This document shows positions 30,707 through 40,608 of a stretch of 64,000 nucleotides of DNA, one piece after another. The notes below the pieces were generated by a model, which saw only the letters and a list, made by a program, of their open reading frames with translations, did not search any database and was not told the DNA's origin. This stretch comes from Candidatus Aceula meridiana. GTDB lineage: Bacteria > Omnitrophota > Gorgyraeia > Zapsychrales > Aceulaceae. The stretch spans positions 4,650-68,649 of the forward strand of contig JAVCDE010000031.1 of NCBI GenBank assembly GCA_030765185.1, given 5' to 3'. Within the stretch, counting starts at the first letter, position 1; each line of letters begins with the position of its first letter. Both the position numbers and the translations under genes were made by a program.

Positions 30707-31867
30707 GCGTTCGATCGCTACGCTGACCGCCCCACCGGAACCAAAACATACCACAACTAAACCTATTTTTTTCTTTTTATCTTCAAGCGCCGAAAGAAGC
30801 GTTGTAAGCATTCTTGCTCCGGTTGATCCTAATGGATGTCCCAGGGCAATATCGCCACCGTAAATGTTCATTTTCTCATCAGGAATATTTAAAACTTGCT
30901 TTGTAAAAATTGCCTGACTTGCAAAAGACTCGCCAACCTCAAAAAGATCAATATCTTCTTTTTTAAGCTTACATTTTAAAAGGCATTCTTTAGCTGCCAA
31001 AACCGCCCCTTCAAAACATAACTCAGGTGCAAGCGCCACGGAGGCATATCCTAGAATTTTTGCTTTAGGTTTTAAATTATACTTTTTAACAGCATTCTCC
31101 GATGCCAAAATAACAGCAGCAGCACCATCTGCCGGCGCTGAGGCATTGCCTGCCGTCACGGTTCCGTTCTCCAAAAAAGCACCGGGAAGCCTTTCCATTC
31201 GCTCTAAGCTGATATTTTTACGCGGCCTCTCATCTTTATCGAATATCTTGCCGTCAGATAATTTTATTAAAATAATTTCTTTTGTAAACTTACCGCTTTG
31301 CTGAGCAGCAAGAGCCTTTTTGTGGCTTTCAACAGAAAATTTATCTTGGTCCTCACGTGAAATATTATTTTTCTTAGCTAGCTCTTCAGCTAAATGACCC
31401 ATATGTTTATCGCTTATGGCACACCAAAGACCGTCTTGAATAAGGCTATCAATAGGCTCTTTTCCTTCTTCTTTAATAATTTTAGGACAATGTGATGCGC
31501 TTTCACTGCCGCCGGCAATAATAATATCTAAGCCGTCGGCAATCATAGCCTGAGACGCCATAATGATAGACTGCAGTCCAGAACCACAAACACTGTTTAC
31601 CAGAAATGCAGGCGTTGTTACAGGTAAACCAGAGCCTATGACAGCCTCCCTTGCCAAATTCTGTCCTGATCCGGCAGAAACCGTGTTGCCTAGAATAATT
31701 TCATCGATATTGTTTTTAAGTTGAAGGTGACGAGCTGCTAATTCTTTAAGAACAACAGAAACTATCTCGCTTGCAGAAAAACTTTTAAGACTTTTAAATG
31801 TACTTCCGATGGGAGTCCGGACAGCGTCGATAATATAAATTTCTTGAGGAAATCGGGTTGAAACCAT
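30701..31867 (-). CDS. Thiolase-family acyltransferase
   Basis: RTPIG, VCGSGLQ, TAGNAS..DGA, GHPLG. Confidence 0.9.
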   Translation of the reverse strand: MVSTRFPQEIYIIDAVRTPIGSTFKSLKSFSASEIVSVVLKELAARHLQLKNNIDEIILGNTVSAGSGQNLAREAVIGSGLPVTTPAFLVNSVCGSGLQSIIMASQAMIADGLDIIIAGGSESASHCPKIIKEEGKEPIDSLIQDGLWCAISDKHMGHLAEELAKKNNISREDQDKFSVESHKKALAAQQSGKFTKEIILIKLSDGKIFDKDERPRKNISLERMERLPGAFLENGTVTAGNASAPADGAAAVILASENAVKKYNLKPKAKILGYASVALAPELCFEGAVLAAKECLLKCKLKKEDIDLFEVGESFASQAIFTKQVLNIPDEKMNIYGGDIALGHPLGSTGARMLTTLLSALEDKKKKIGLVVVCFGSGGAVSVAIERL

Positions 31868-31870
31868 ATT

Positions 31871-34285
31871 TTATAAAGAAATGGTAGTAGCTTGTCCAAT
31901 GGTTAATTTTTGCGTTTTTCCTCGGATATCAATTAAAATTGCCGAATCGCTCTGCAAGGGCAGCCGTTGCAAAAGAGTTGCTTTAACAATGACTTTTTCT
32001 TTTTGAATTTCAACCGTAAACCAGATACTGCGATAGCGGACGCGAAACTTAATCCTCTTCCATTCTTTTGGAAGTTTCGGGTTAAGCGAAATTTTATCAT
32101 CTTGAATGCTAAGGCCTGCGACCCATCTTAAAAAAAGGTCAATCGTACCACCCATGACCCCGCAGTGAATACCCTCTTGCGTTGTCCCGCCCTGGGTGTC
32201 ATAAATATCGCTTCGCATGGCTTGCATAAAGAATTCCATAGCCAAATCTTCATAGCCGACGCGTTCAGCCAAATAGGCGTGAACAATGCGGCTTAGCGTC
32301 GATCCGTGTGAAGTGCGCTTCATGTAATAATCATAATTCTTTCTAAAAAGATCCTCGCTAAACGGATACCCTAAGGTCTCAAAAGTTTTCTTAATCTCTC
32401 CATCGTTTAAAGTGTAAAACATCATCAGGGTATCAGCTTGTTTTGCGACTTTATACTCATCCGGCGAAAGTCCCTCAGATTTTAAAATACGGTCAATGCG
32501 ATGAATATTGTCATATTTCGCTCGGTACTCGTCCCAATCCAACTCCTTTAAATCCATATAACCCTCAAATTGATGAATAATGCCGTCATCGCCCATGGGA
32601 ACAGTTATCTTTTTGCTGATATCTTTCCAACGGTCTACTTCTTTTTCATCTACTCCAATTTTCAAAAGAAGTGCGTGCCTTTTTTCATCCGGCATGTGCC
32701 CCAAAAGCGTGAGAGCTTTTTCCATAATCCATGCAACTAAAACGTTCGTATAAGCATTGTTTTTAACTCCGCCTTTTTCCGCCCCTGGGAGTTTCTCGTG
32801 AAATTCATCCGGACCCATAACTCCTTCGATGTCATAGCGCCCTGTCTTTTCGTTAATCCGGCTAATGCTAGACCAAAAATGTGCAATTTCTAAAAACATC
32901 TCGGCCCCATAACGGTCTAGAAAATCATTGTCTCCCGATGTATAAACATAGGTCCACACATTATAAGCAATCGCAATAGAAACATGGCGCTGGGAAGAAC
33001 TGTAGTCCGGGCCCCACTTCCCGGATAGCGGGTTAAGATGCACCACTTGCGTTGTCTCGTTACCGGCAGATGCGCTTTGCCAAGGGAACATTGCCCCCCG
33101 GTAGCCATGCTCCCGGGCGTATTCTTTAGCGGCAGATAAACGCCTGTACCGATACATTAAAAGTGCGCGGGTAATCTCCGGGGCGCGCAACGTATAAAAA
33201 GGATAGGCATAAAGCTCATCCCAAAAAATATGTCCACGGTAGGCCTCGCCATGCAACCCTCGAGCAGGCAGGCCGGCATCAATTTCTTCGTTGTAACTTG
33301 AGGCTACCTGCAAAAGATGAAATGTGTGAAGACGTAAAACTAACTGGGCAAAATCATCGCCATCAATTTCAATATCAAAATCCTGCCACAAAGCTTTCCA
33401 CCTTGCCACATGCGGCTTGTAAATTGCTTCAAAATTTTCTATCCTTGCCAAAGACTCTTGCGCAATTTGGCAATTATCCACAACGCCTTGGTCACGGGAC
33501 GTGTACAAGCTCATCACCTTATCAACGGTATATTTCTTTCCTTGCTCAACCTCAAGAGTAAGTTCTTTTAAAATTCTTTCCTTCCCATGAGTTAAAACCC
33601 GCATTGAAGGTTCAATTCTTTGGTTATTGCAATAAACAAGCGTTCTTACAGCTTCGGTAATTTGAATTTTTGATTGGTTTGTTTGCATCTTCAAGAAAAT
33701 TCCATCCTTGCCAAAACAGCCGAATGTCACCGGCTCAAGATGCTTAGAATTAAGCTGCTTGTAGCGTTCGACGCCAGCGTTAATAATAAGTCCGTCTATG
33801 CCGTTTCGAATAGTTATTTTTCCGCTATAATTTTCGGGGGTGATCGTGCATCGCAATGCCCCAAAGTGAGGATTCGCCATGCTCACAATGCGGTGGTTTT
33901 CCATCAAGGTAATGCGTCCTTGGCTATCTTGCCAGCGTACACGTCTTGAAAGAACTCCCTTTTTCATGTTAAGTTCAACTTTCCAGGAAAGAATTTTGGT
34001 TTTAAGACGGTCAAACCATGGGCCACCATTTACGCGGATGTTGAGCATAAGCCAATTAGGACAATTTACAAAATCTTCGTTAGCAACTCCCCGGCCTGCT
34101 ATCTCGGTAATAAGCTCGTTATAAACTCCGGCGACATAAGTGCCCGGATAATGGACTTTGGTCGCTACGTTTTCAGGGGCAGCCCCGCGGGTGCCGAAAT
34201 AACCGTTACCAAGAGTACAAAGGGCTTCGCGCAGGTTTTCTTCCTCAGGGACAAATTTATCGTAAATAAGCTTCCAGGTATTCAT
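31871..34285 (-). CDS. GH65 glycoside phosphorylase (trehalose/maltose/kojibiose type)
   Basis: LGNGYFGTRG, ARGLHGEAYRGHIFWDE, GPDEFHE, KQAD, HGSTLS. Confidence 0.93.
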   Translation of the reverse strand: MNTWKLIYDKFVPEEENLREALCTLGNGYFGTRGAAPENVATKVHYPGTYVAGVYNELITEIAGRGVANEDFVNCPNWLMLNIRVNGGPWFDRLKTKILSWKVELNMKKGVLSRRVRWQDSQGRITLMENHRIVSMANPHFGALRCTITPENYSGKITIRNGIDGLIINAGVERYKQLNSKHLEPVTFGCFGKDGIFLKMQTNQSKIQITEAVRTLVYCNNQRIEPSMRVLTHGKERILKELTLEVEQGKKYTVDKVMSLYTSRDQGVVDNCQIAQESLARIENFEAIYKPHVARWKALWQDFDIEIDGDDFAQLVLRLHTFHLLQVASSYNEEIDAGLPARGLHGEAYRGHIFWDELYAYPFYTLRAPEITRALLMYRYRRLSAAKEYAREHGYRGAMFPWQSASAGNETTQVVHLNPLSGKWGPDYSSSQRHVSIAIAYNVWTYVYTSGDNDFLDRYGAEMFLEIAHFWSSISRINEKTGRYDIEGVMGPDEFHEKLPGAEKGGVKNNAYTNVLVAWIMEKALTLLGHMPDEKRHALLLKIGVDEKEVDRWKDISKKITVPMGDDGIIHQFEGYMDLKELDWDEYRAKYDNIHRIDRILKSEGLSPDEYKVAKQADTLMMFYTLNDGEIKKTFETLGYPFSEDLFRKNYDYYMKRTSHGSTLSRIVHAYLAERVGYEDLAMEFFMQAMRSDIYDTQGGTTQEGIHCGVMGGTIDLFLRWVAGLSIQDDKISLNPKLPKEWKRIKFRVRYRSIWFTVEIQKEKVIVKATLLQRLPLQSDSAILIDIRGKTQKLTIGQATTISL

Positions 34286-34291
34286 AAAATT

Positions 34292-35044
34292 TTATTTTTC
34301 CATCCACTGGTTAACTGTTTGGGCGGTGACGCCTTCAAAACTATTGATAACCACATCAGCGCCGTTTTCTTTAAGGTCTTTATCATTACCTTCACGGGCC
34401 ACGCCAATAACTAAGGCAAACTTGCCATTCTTACCGGCTTGAACGCCCGAGACAGCATCTTCAATAACAACAGCCCTGTCAGGAGTGCAACCGACATTTT
34501 TGCAGGCCGTTGTGAAAATATCCCCCTCTGGCTTTCCCTTAAGCCCTAATTCGGCCGAAACAACGCCGTCAACGCATGTTTCAAAAAAATCTTCAAGCCC
34601 GGTTTTCTGTAAAATCAATCGAGCATTCTTACTCGATGAAGCCATCCCGATATGAACGCCATTGGCTTTAAGGTCTTTGACAAAAGCAACAGCCGGCTCA
34701 AACACTTGAGCCCCTTTTTCTTCTAAAATTTTTTTAAATTTAAAATTTTTCTTGTTGCCAAGGCCGCAGACCGTTTCTTGGTCCGGAGAATCTTTGGGGT
34801 CGCCAAAGTCGATATTAATATTACGGGACTCTAAAAAGCTTTGAACGCCTTTATACCGAGGTTTTCCATCAACATAAGGAAGGTAATCATTTTCGTGAGT
34901 AAATTCTTTGAAAAGTTCGCTGTCTCTTTGCTCGCGCAGCTTAAGATATTCATCAAACATTTTCTTCCAAGAAGCCGCATGAACAAGAGCAGTTTTTGTA
35001 ATAACGCCATCAAGGTCAAAAATTATAGCATCATAATTCTTCAT
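34292..35044 (-). CDS. Beta-phosphoglucomutase-family HAD hydrolase
   Basis: FDLDGV, ASSSKN, GKP, IEDAVSG; next to GH65. Confidence 0.9.
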   Translation of the reverse strand: MKNYDAIIFDLDGVITKTALVHAASWKKMFDEYLKLREQRDSELFKEFTHENDYLPYVDGKPRYKGVQSFLESRNINIDFGDPKDSPDQETVCGLGNKKNFKFKKILEEKGAQVFEPAVAFVKDLKANGVHIGMASSSKNARLILQKTGLEDFFETCVDGVVSAELGLKGKPEGDIFTTACKNVGCTPDRAVVIEDAVSGVQAGKNGKFALVIGVAREGNDKDLKENGADVVINSFEGVTAQTVNQWMEK

Positions 35045-35066
35045 AATTTCCCCTTTTATTAGTAAC

Positions 35067-35235
35067 TATATTAATCTCGGATTTTGTATTAACAAAATCC
35101 ACCCGCAGGGCCGCAGCGTCGCAACCTGTTGCGACTTGAGGGATTACCCTCGCCGAAGGCGTTTTGCATTTGGATGTTCTTGCTCCGCTTTTTTAAAACA
35201 AGAAAACATTCAAATGCAAAATTCGGGTTAATATA
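35067..35235. mobile_element. MITE-like, highly structured element with imperfect terminal inverted repeats
   Basis: Left end TATATTAATCTCGGATTTTGTATT versus reverse complement of right end TATATTAACCCGAATTTTGCATT; several internal hairpins; GC-rich core. Confidence 0.55.
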
Positions 35236-35266
35236 TAATAGATTTTAAATGCTTGAGACTGAAGAT

Positions 35267-35295
35267 ATTATACGCAAATTGTCGTCTGTTGGCAA
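35267..35295 (-). promoter_or_regulatory. Sigma70-type promoter for the beta-PGM/GH65/thiolase genes
   Basis: TTGCCA-N17-TATAAT. Confidence 0.6.
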
Positions 35296-35327
35296 GGCAT
35301 TATCGCAGGTGGACTCAAAAAGAGAGG

Positions 35328-35879
35328 CTATTCCTCATCTACAAAGAGGGCATTAAGCTTTTGAAGGGTTTGAGGGCCTATTTTACCATCGACCTTGAGG
35401 TTGTTGGCTTCTTGAAAGGCTTTTACGGCTTCTTTGGTCTTCGGGCCTGTTTTGCCGTCAAGTTTGCCAGGATCAAAGCCTTGAGAAGATAATACTTCTT
35501 GAACAGTTAAAAGGTCAACTTCTCCTCTTTTAACAAGTCCTGTTTCCGTAAACACATTAAGTTCTCGCCATGTCGTTTTGCCCGCAAAGCGGCTGACCTT
35601 AAGGCCCTTAGCCTCTTGAAAGCCAGCTAAAGCATCACGCACTTTAGGCCCTAGCTTTCCGTCACTTTTTCCGCAACTAAACCCATGAATCCTCAAAAGC
35701 TTTTGAAGAAGTTCAACTTTCTCGTTATACTCATTAGGAATAACCTCTCCTAAAAGCGCCTTTTCCTGTGCGCCCTCTTTTTGTAAAATGCCATAAACAA
35801 AATCGCATCCGCTAAAACATACTAGCGAAAAAAAGCAAAATGATAATACAGCAAATAAGCAGAAGGTTGTTTTTTTCAT
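35328..35879 (-). CDS. Lipoprotein with two peptidoglycan-binding (PG_binding_1) domains
   Basis: FSGC lipobox; two DGK.GPK....FQ...L..DG repeats. Confidence 0.88.
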   Translation of the reverse strand: MKKTTFCLFAVLSFCFFSLVCFSGCDFVYGILQKEGAQEKALLGEVIPNEYNEKVELLQKLLRIHGFSCGKSDGKLGPKVRDALAGFQEAKGLKVSRFAGKTTWRELNVFTETGLVKRGEVDLLTVQEVLSSQGFDPGKLDGKTGPKTKEAVKAFQEANNLKVDGKIGPQTLQKLNALFVDEE

Positions 35880-35891
35880 AATAGAAATAGC

Positions 35892-35922
35892 AAAGGCTCT
35901 TACAAAACCGGTAAGAGCCTTT
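35892..35922 (-). terminator. Probable intrinsic terminator after the receiver genes
   Basis: AAAGGCTCTTAC-loop-GTAAGAGCCTTT. Confidence 0.6.
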
Positions 35923-35947
35923 CAAAAAACAATAAAATAAAAATATC

Positions 35948-36313
35948 TTAAGCCGTTAATTCCCGGATAGATTCTAAAATATATTTAAAATCGACTGTTT
36001 TAACTGTAAAGTCATCCGCTCCAACCTCTCTGGCACGACGGGCATCGACCGCCTCTAATTTTCCGGTATAAAGAATAATCTTAGAGAAATTATCGGTATC
36101 TTTGATTCTTTGGCACAATTCAAAACCATTTCCGTCAGGCAGCATAACATCCAAAATAATAACATCAGGCTTCTCTTGTTCAAAAAGCTTAAATCCCTCT
36201 TCGGCTAAAGAAGCTGAAACAACATTAAAGCCAGCGGCTTCTAAATTAGCTGTAAGAATTTTTTGAATATCCTCTTCATCTTCAATAATCAATATTTTCT
36301 TTTTTTCTCCCAT
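35948..36313 (-). CDS. Single-domain response regulator receiver
   Basis: IEDE, LDVMLP, conserved Lys (VKT). Confidence 0.9.
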   Translation of the reverse strand: MGEKKKILIIEDEEDIQKILTANLEAAGFNVVSASLAEEGFKLFEQEKPDVIILDVMLPDGNGFELCQRIKDTDNFSKIILYTGKLEAVDARRAREVGADDFTVKTVDFKYILESIRELTA

Positions 36314-36339
36314 TAGAATCTCCTCAAATTATAAAAATT

Positions 36340-36702
36340 TTAAAACTCTTTAATTTTCTCTAAAAGAGCATCATAGTCAAACGGCTTAAAAACATAGCCA
36401 TTTGCATTGACCTGTTCAACTCGTTCTTGAAAACCCTCAGATGGCGTACTGGCCGTTATAAACAACACCGGGATAGGTTTTAAATTCTCGTCAGCTTTAA
36501 TCTGAGAACAAATTTCATACCCATTTAATCCGGGCAATGTAATATCCAAAAGAACCAAGTCAAACTTTTCGGCTCGTACAATCTCCATAGCTTGATGGCC
36601 TTCTGAAGCTGTTTTAACTTCAAATCCATCTTTTTGCAAGCGAAAAATAATAACCTTTAGAATATCAGGTTCGTCGTCGACAACTAAAATTTTCTTAACC
36701 AT
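36340..36702 (-). CDS. Single-domain response regulator receiver
   Basis: VDDE, LDITLP, FITA, FKP. Confidence 0.92.
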   Translation of the reverse strand: MVKKILVVDDEPDILKVIIFRLQKDGFEVKTASEGHQAMEIVRAEKFDLVLLDITLPGLNGYEICSQIKADENLKPIPVLFITASTPSEGFQERVEQVNANGYVFKPFDYDALLEKIKEF

Positions 36703-36717
36703 GGCGTTCCTCCTATT

Positions 36718-39700
36718 TTACGCTTCCTTTTTGCGTCTCTCTTCAATAGGCAAAATGAAAGAAAAAATGCTTCCTTCACCCTCTTTTGATTCAACCCAAA
36801 TTTTTCCGCCATGCTCTTCAACGATTTTTTTTGAAATGGCAAGGCCAAGGCCTGTTGACCCGGTTTTTCTTTCTTTTCCTTTTTTAAGCTGGCTGAATGT
36901 TTGAAATAATTTTGAAAAATCTTCTTCTTTGATACCGTCGCCTTGGTCAATCACGGAAACCTTGATCGTATTGCCTTCTTGACGTGCTTGAAGGGTGACA
37001 GGTTTCCCACTCGCATATTTAACCGCGTTACTTACAAGATTTGTAACAACCTGCGTAATGCGGTCATGATCAAAACCCACTTGAGGAAGATTTTCTTGAA
37101 TATCAGCTTTTAGCTCCACGTTTTCTTTTTTGGCAACTTTATCCATGGTCATAACAACTTCTTTAATCATAGGCGCAATGTCCTGATTTGCAAATTCAAA
37201 AGTCATCTGGCTTGTGTCCAATTTCTGAAAATCTAAAACATCATTAATAAGCCTCGCTAACCGTTCAACATTTCGCTTGGCAACATCTAAAAATTCTGCT
37301 TGTTCTTTATTCAGCTCCCCGGTAACGCCATCAGCAACAATAGAAATTCCTTCTTTAATAGCCGTTAACGGCGTGCGCAGTTCATGAGAGACAACAGAGA
37401 TAAATTCGCTTTTCATGCGCATGGCGTCTTTGGCTTTTTCTTCGGCCTCTTTGCGTGCCGTAATATCTTCTTTGACCGCAATATAATTAGTTGTTTTTCC
37501 GCTCTCATTGCGGATTGGAGAAATAGAAGCAAGTTCCCAATAGAGGTCGCCGTTTTTCTTTTTATTACAAAACTCTCCTCGCCACTCTTTGGCTTGTGTA
37601 ATCGTGTCCCACATATCTTTATAAAACTCTGGAGGCTGTTTATCCGATTTTAATACGCGGGGATTTTGCCCTAAGGCTTCTTCAAAGGTGTATCCGGTCA
37701 ATTGGCAAAATTTTGGATTCACGTACTCAATATTGCCATCAGGATCTGTGATAACAACTGTAGCCGGGCTTTGCTCAATAGCACTTGAAAGTTTTATTAG
37801 CTCGGCCTCGACTTCTTTTCTTTTTGTAATATTTTCCATTAAGCCAATGTTTGAAACGATGATCCCTTGTCCATCAAAATGAAGGACCCCTCTGTCATGA
37901 AACCAAAAATATTGGCCGTTCTTGTGGCGGAAGCGGTATTCAACATCAAAATTGCGTTTTTCGCTAATCGCTTTTTCTAGCTCCTCTTTGACTCTATCGA
38001 CGTCTTCAGGGTGACATTTTTCAAACCATTCGCCAGAACTATTCCCCATTTCATTCAAAGTATAGCCAATAACTTCTTGAAAATTTCCCATCCAGAGAAT
38101 CCTATCCTCAGAAAAATAGTGTTCGTAAACAATCTGACTAACAGCGCTAACCAGTGCTTCGTTTTTGCTCAAGGCCCGGGAAACAAACTCTTCAGCCTGT
38201 CGTCGCGCAGTAACATCCTCAAAGCTTTCAATCCCCTCAACAATGTTTCCGTTTGCGTCTTTTAAAACATCGGCGTTCTTTGAAATTATACGAATTTCCC
38301 CGTCTTTTCTTTTAATCTTACATTCTCGGCCTACAATAGGCTTCTGTATATTCTCATCGAAAAGCCCGCAAGAATCTTTGCAGGGATGATCGGCAAAAAG
38401 CGAACATTTCTTGCCGAGAACCTCTTCAGATTGATACCCGGTAAGTTCTTCAGCCTTTTTGTTCCACTGGGTAACTTTTTGGTCTTTATCAACAATAAAA
38501 ATCGCGCTTGGTGAAAGCTCAAAAACCCTTTCGGCAGATTCTTTCGACGTAACAATTTGCTGCTGTGATTCTTCTATTTTCTTTGTTTTAACCGCTAACT
38601 CTTCATAAAGAGCTTTAATCGCTTCGTTGGTTCTTTCCAGTCCCCAGGCTTTTTCTTTTAGCGCATCTTGGGCTTCCTTGAGCACTTTTTCTGCCCGTTT
38701 ATTCTCTGTGATATCACGGCCAAAAATAGAAGCGCCAATAATTTTTTTATTTTCTCCCCGAATCGGTGAAATGTTTAAAGAAACATCTATCATCTGCCCG
38801 TCTTTGCGTCGGCGAACAGTTTCATAGCTCTCAACAGACTCGCCATTTCTTGTTTTTTCTAAGAAATCTTCTGTCTCGTTTCGCTTATCTTCGGGAATGA
38901 TGATGTCAATGCGCTTACCTTTCACTTCTTTTTCTTTATAGCCATATATTTTTTCCGCTCCTCTGTTCCAGTTTAAAATGCGTCCGTCAAGCGTTTTTCC
39001 GATAATGGCGTCTTCCGACGAAGCAACAATCGCCGCCAAACGCCTTGCGTTTTCAGAAGATTTTTGAGTCATATAAATGATTACAATAAAAATCAAAATT
39101 AAAAGCTCTAAAAATAGCGTTAGCACAATGCCTAGCCATCGATAAATTATGACACGATCAGCCGAAGCTAAAAAAAGAATAGACCATTGATCCTCACTAA
39201 CAACGCTTTGATTGACAAAAAACTTTTTCCCATGAAAAACTATCTCGCTCTTATCCAAAATCTTTTGAATCCCCATAGACTTAAACGGTCCAGGACCAAA
39301 TTGTTGCGAGGAAGCAATTCTTTTTTGTATATCATCGTTTATCGGCCAAAGAGACTTTAAAACCCACTTAGGATGGCTTGATAGAAAAATAATTCCATCC
39401 GGGCTGACAAGATAGCAATGAGAAAACTTCACAAAGTCCTGCGCAAGAACATCTAGATCTCTTTTAATAACAGCAACACCGATGATTTCCTTTACTGAAT
39501 TCTTAACAGGATGGGAAACATAATATCCTCTTTTGCGGGAAGTAACCCCGTAAGCAAAATAACGGCCGGTTTTTCCTTCGATAGATTGCTGAAAATACGG
39601 CCTAAATTGATAATTTTTGCCAACAAAGCTATCAGGCTGATTACGATTTGAGGAAGCAATGGCTTCGCCTTTTAAATTAAGAATATAACAAATAGAGCTT

Positions 39701-40026
39701 GGTAGTGTCTCGGCATAACGGTCTAAAGCAATATTAATTTCTACTAAATCCTGCGCGTCGGGCAACTCAGCAATCTTTAATAGCCGAGGAGACCCAGACA
39801 ACAGCTTGCTAACACGCTCTGTGACGACTAAAATACGTTTCACGCTGCTTCCTAGGGCATGAAGATTCGCCTCTCCTTCGTCAAAAACTTCTTCTCTCGC
39901 ATACTCCGTCATTTTGGAGGTGACAAACCAGCCAGAGAAAAAAATGGCTATTACCGTAATAACATAAAAAATAACAAAGCGATTCGAAAGATATCCTTTT
40001 GTATGTGAAAAATTATTTTTTTTCAT
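36718..40026 (-). CDS. Sensor histidine kinase, periplasmic dCache (DctB-like) domain plus four PAS domains
   Basis: Two TM segments flanking SFVGKNYQFRPYFQ; PAS/PAC repeats ending in DIT; SHELRTPL, NLVSNA, GTGLG-type G box. Confidence 0.93.
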   Translation of the reverse strand: MKKNNFSHTKGYLSNRFVIFYVITVIAIFFSGWFVTSKMTEYAREEVFDEGEANLHALGSSVKRILVVTERVSKLLSGSPRLLKIAELPDAQDLVEINIALDRYAETLPSSICYILNLKGEAIASSNRNQPDSFVGKNYQFRPYFQQSIEGKTGRYFAYGVTSRKRGYYVSHPVKNSVKEIIGVAVIKRDLDVLAQDFVKFSHCYLVSPDGIIFLSSHPKWVLKSLWPINDDIQKRIASSQQFGPGPFKSMGIQKILDKSEIVFHGKKFFVNQSVVSEDQWSILFLASADRVIIYRWLGIVLTLFLELLILIFIVIIYMTQKSSENARRLAAIVASSEDAIIGKTLDGRILNWNRGAEKIYGYKEKEVKGKRIDIIIPEDKRNETEDFLEKTRNGESVESYETVRRRKDGQMIDVSLNISPIRGENKKIIGASIFGRDITENKRAEKVLKEAQDALKEKAWGLERTNEAIKALYEELAVKTKKIEESQQQIVTSKESAERVFELSPSAIFIVDKDQKVTQWNKKAEELTGYQSEEVLGKKCSLFADHPCKDSCGLFDENIQKPIVGRECKIKRKDGEIRIISKNADVLKDANGNIVEGIESFEDVTARRQAEEFVSRALSKNEALVSAVSQIVYEHYFSEDRILWMGNFQEVIGYTLNEMGNSSGEWFEKCHPEDVDRVKEELEKAISEKRNFDVEYRFRHKNGQYFWFHDRGVLHFDGQGIIVSNIGLMENITKRKEVEAELIKLSSAIEQSPATVVITDPDGNIEYVNPKFCQLTGYTFEEALGQNPRVLKSDKQPPEFYKDMWDTITQAKEWRGEFCNKKKNGDLYWELASISPIRNESGKTTNYIAVKEDITARKEAEEKAKDAMRMKSEFISVVSHELRTPLTAIKEGISIVADGVTGELNKEQAEFLDVAKRNVERLARLINDVLDFQKLDTSQMTFEFANQDIAPMIKEVVMTMDKVAKKENVELKADIQENLPQVGFDHDRITQVVTNLVSNAVKYASGKPVTLQARQEGNTIKVSVIDQGDGIKEEDFSKLFQTFSQLKKGKERKTGSTGLGLAISKKIVEEHGGKIWVESKEGEGSIFSFILPIEERRKKEA

Positions 40027-40604
40027 TTTTTAAAACTTTCTATGTAGGTTGCCTTCTTTTTTGACTTTCTTTCAACAAAAGGCGGCCCGCTTTTAAAATT
40101 CATACAAAGCCCTTTAAGGCCGTGTTCTTGCGGATTAGGGCAACAGACTTTCTTAACGCTACCGTCTTGCTGTAGCAAATAGCCACGCCCGCTAACCGGG
40201 CAAATTATTTTCTTGTGCAAAAATTTCTGAGTGTAAAGCTCGTCAAGATCTTCCGGGAATTTTTTATTTTCCGCATAATAAAGATCGATGGCCTTGCGGA
40301 TGTTCCAAAGCTTAAAGGCACATTCATTAACTTTATAATCAGTATTTTTAACGCCACCGGCAATCCAATAGTCCGGCTTATAAAATATTCGGCTTTCTTC
40401 AAGAAGAATAAAAATAAGCCGTAGACTTAACCCTGTAACGAGGAGAAAGCCTAAAAAAATAAAGGCCTGGCGGCCTTTTGTCATAACTTCTTTTTTGTTT
40501 TCTTCTTTCTGAATTCTTTTTTGTTCCTCAGACTCTTTTTGATCGTACTCTCCAAGGATGTCGTTTAGAGTTTCCTTTTTCTGAGGGTCTTGGGGGTCTA
40601 CCAT
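40023..40604 (-). CDS. Single-TM hypothetical protein with a pseudopilin-like C-terminal domain
   Basis: Charged N-terminus, one TM segment, then AIDLYY....FPEDL and CPVSG..Y / CPN..H motifs. Confidence 0.5.
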   Translation of the reverse strand: MVDPQDPQKKETLNDILGEYDQKESEEQKRIQKEENKKEVMTKGRQAFIFLGFLLVTGLSLRLIFILLEESRIFYKPDYWIAGGVKNTDYKVNECAFKLWNIRKAIDLYYAENKKFPEDLDELYTQKFLHKKIICPVSGRGYLLQQDGSVKKVCCPNPQEHGLKGLCMNFKSGPPFVERKSKKKATYIESFKK

Positions 40605-40608
40605 AAAA

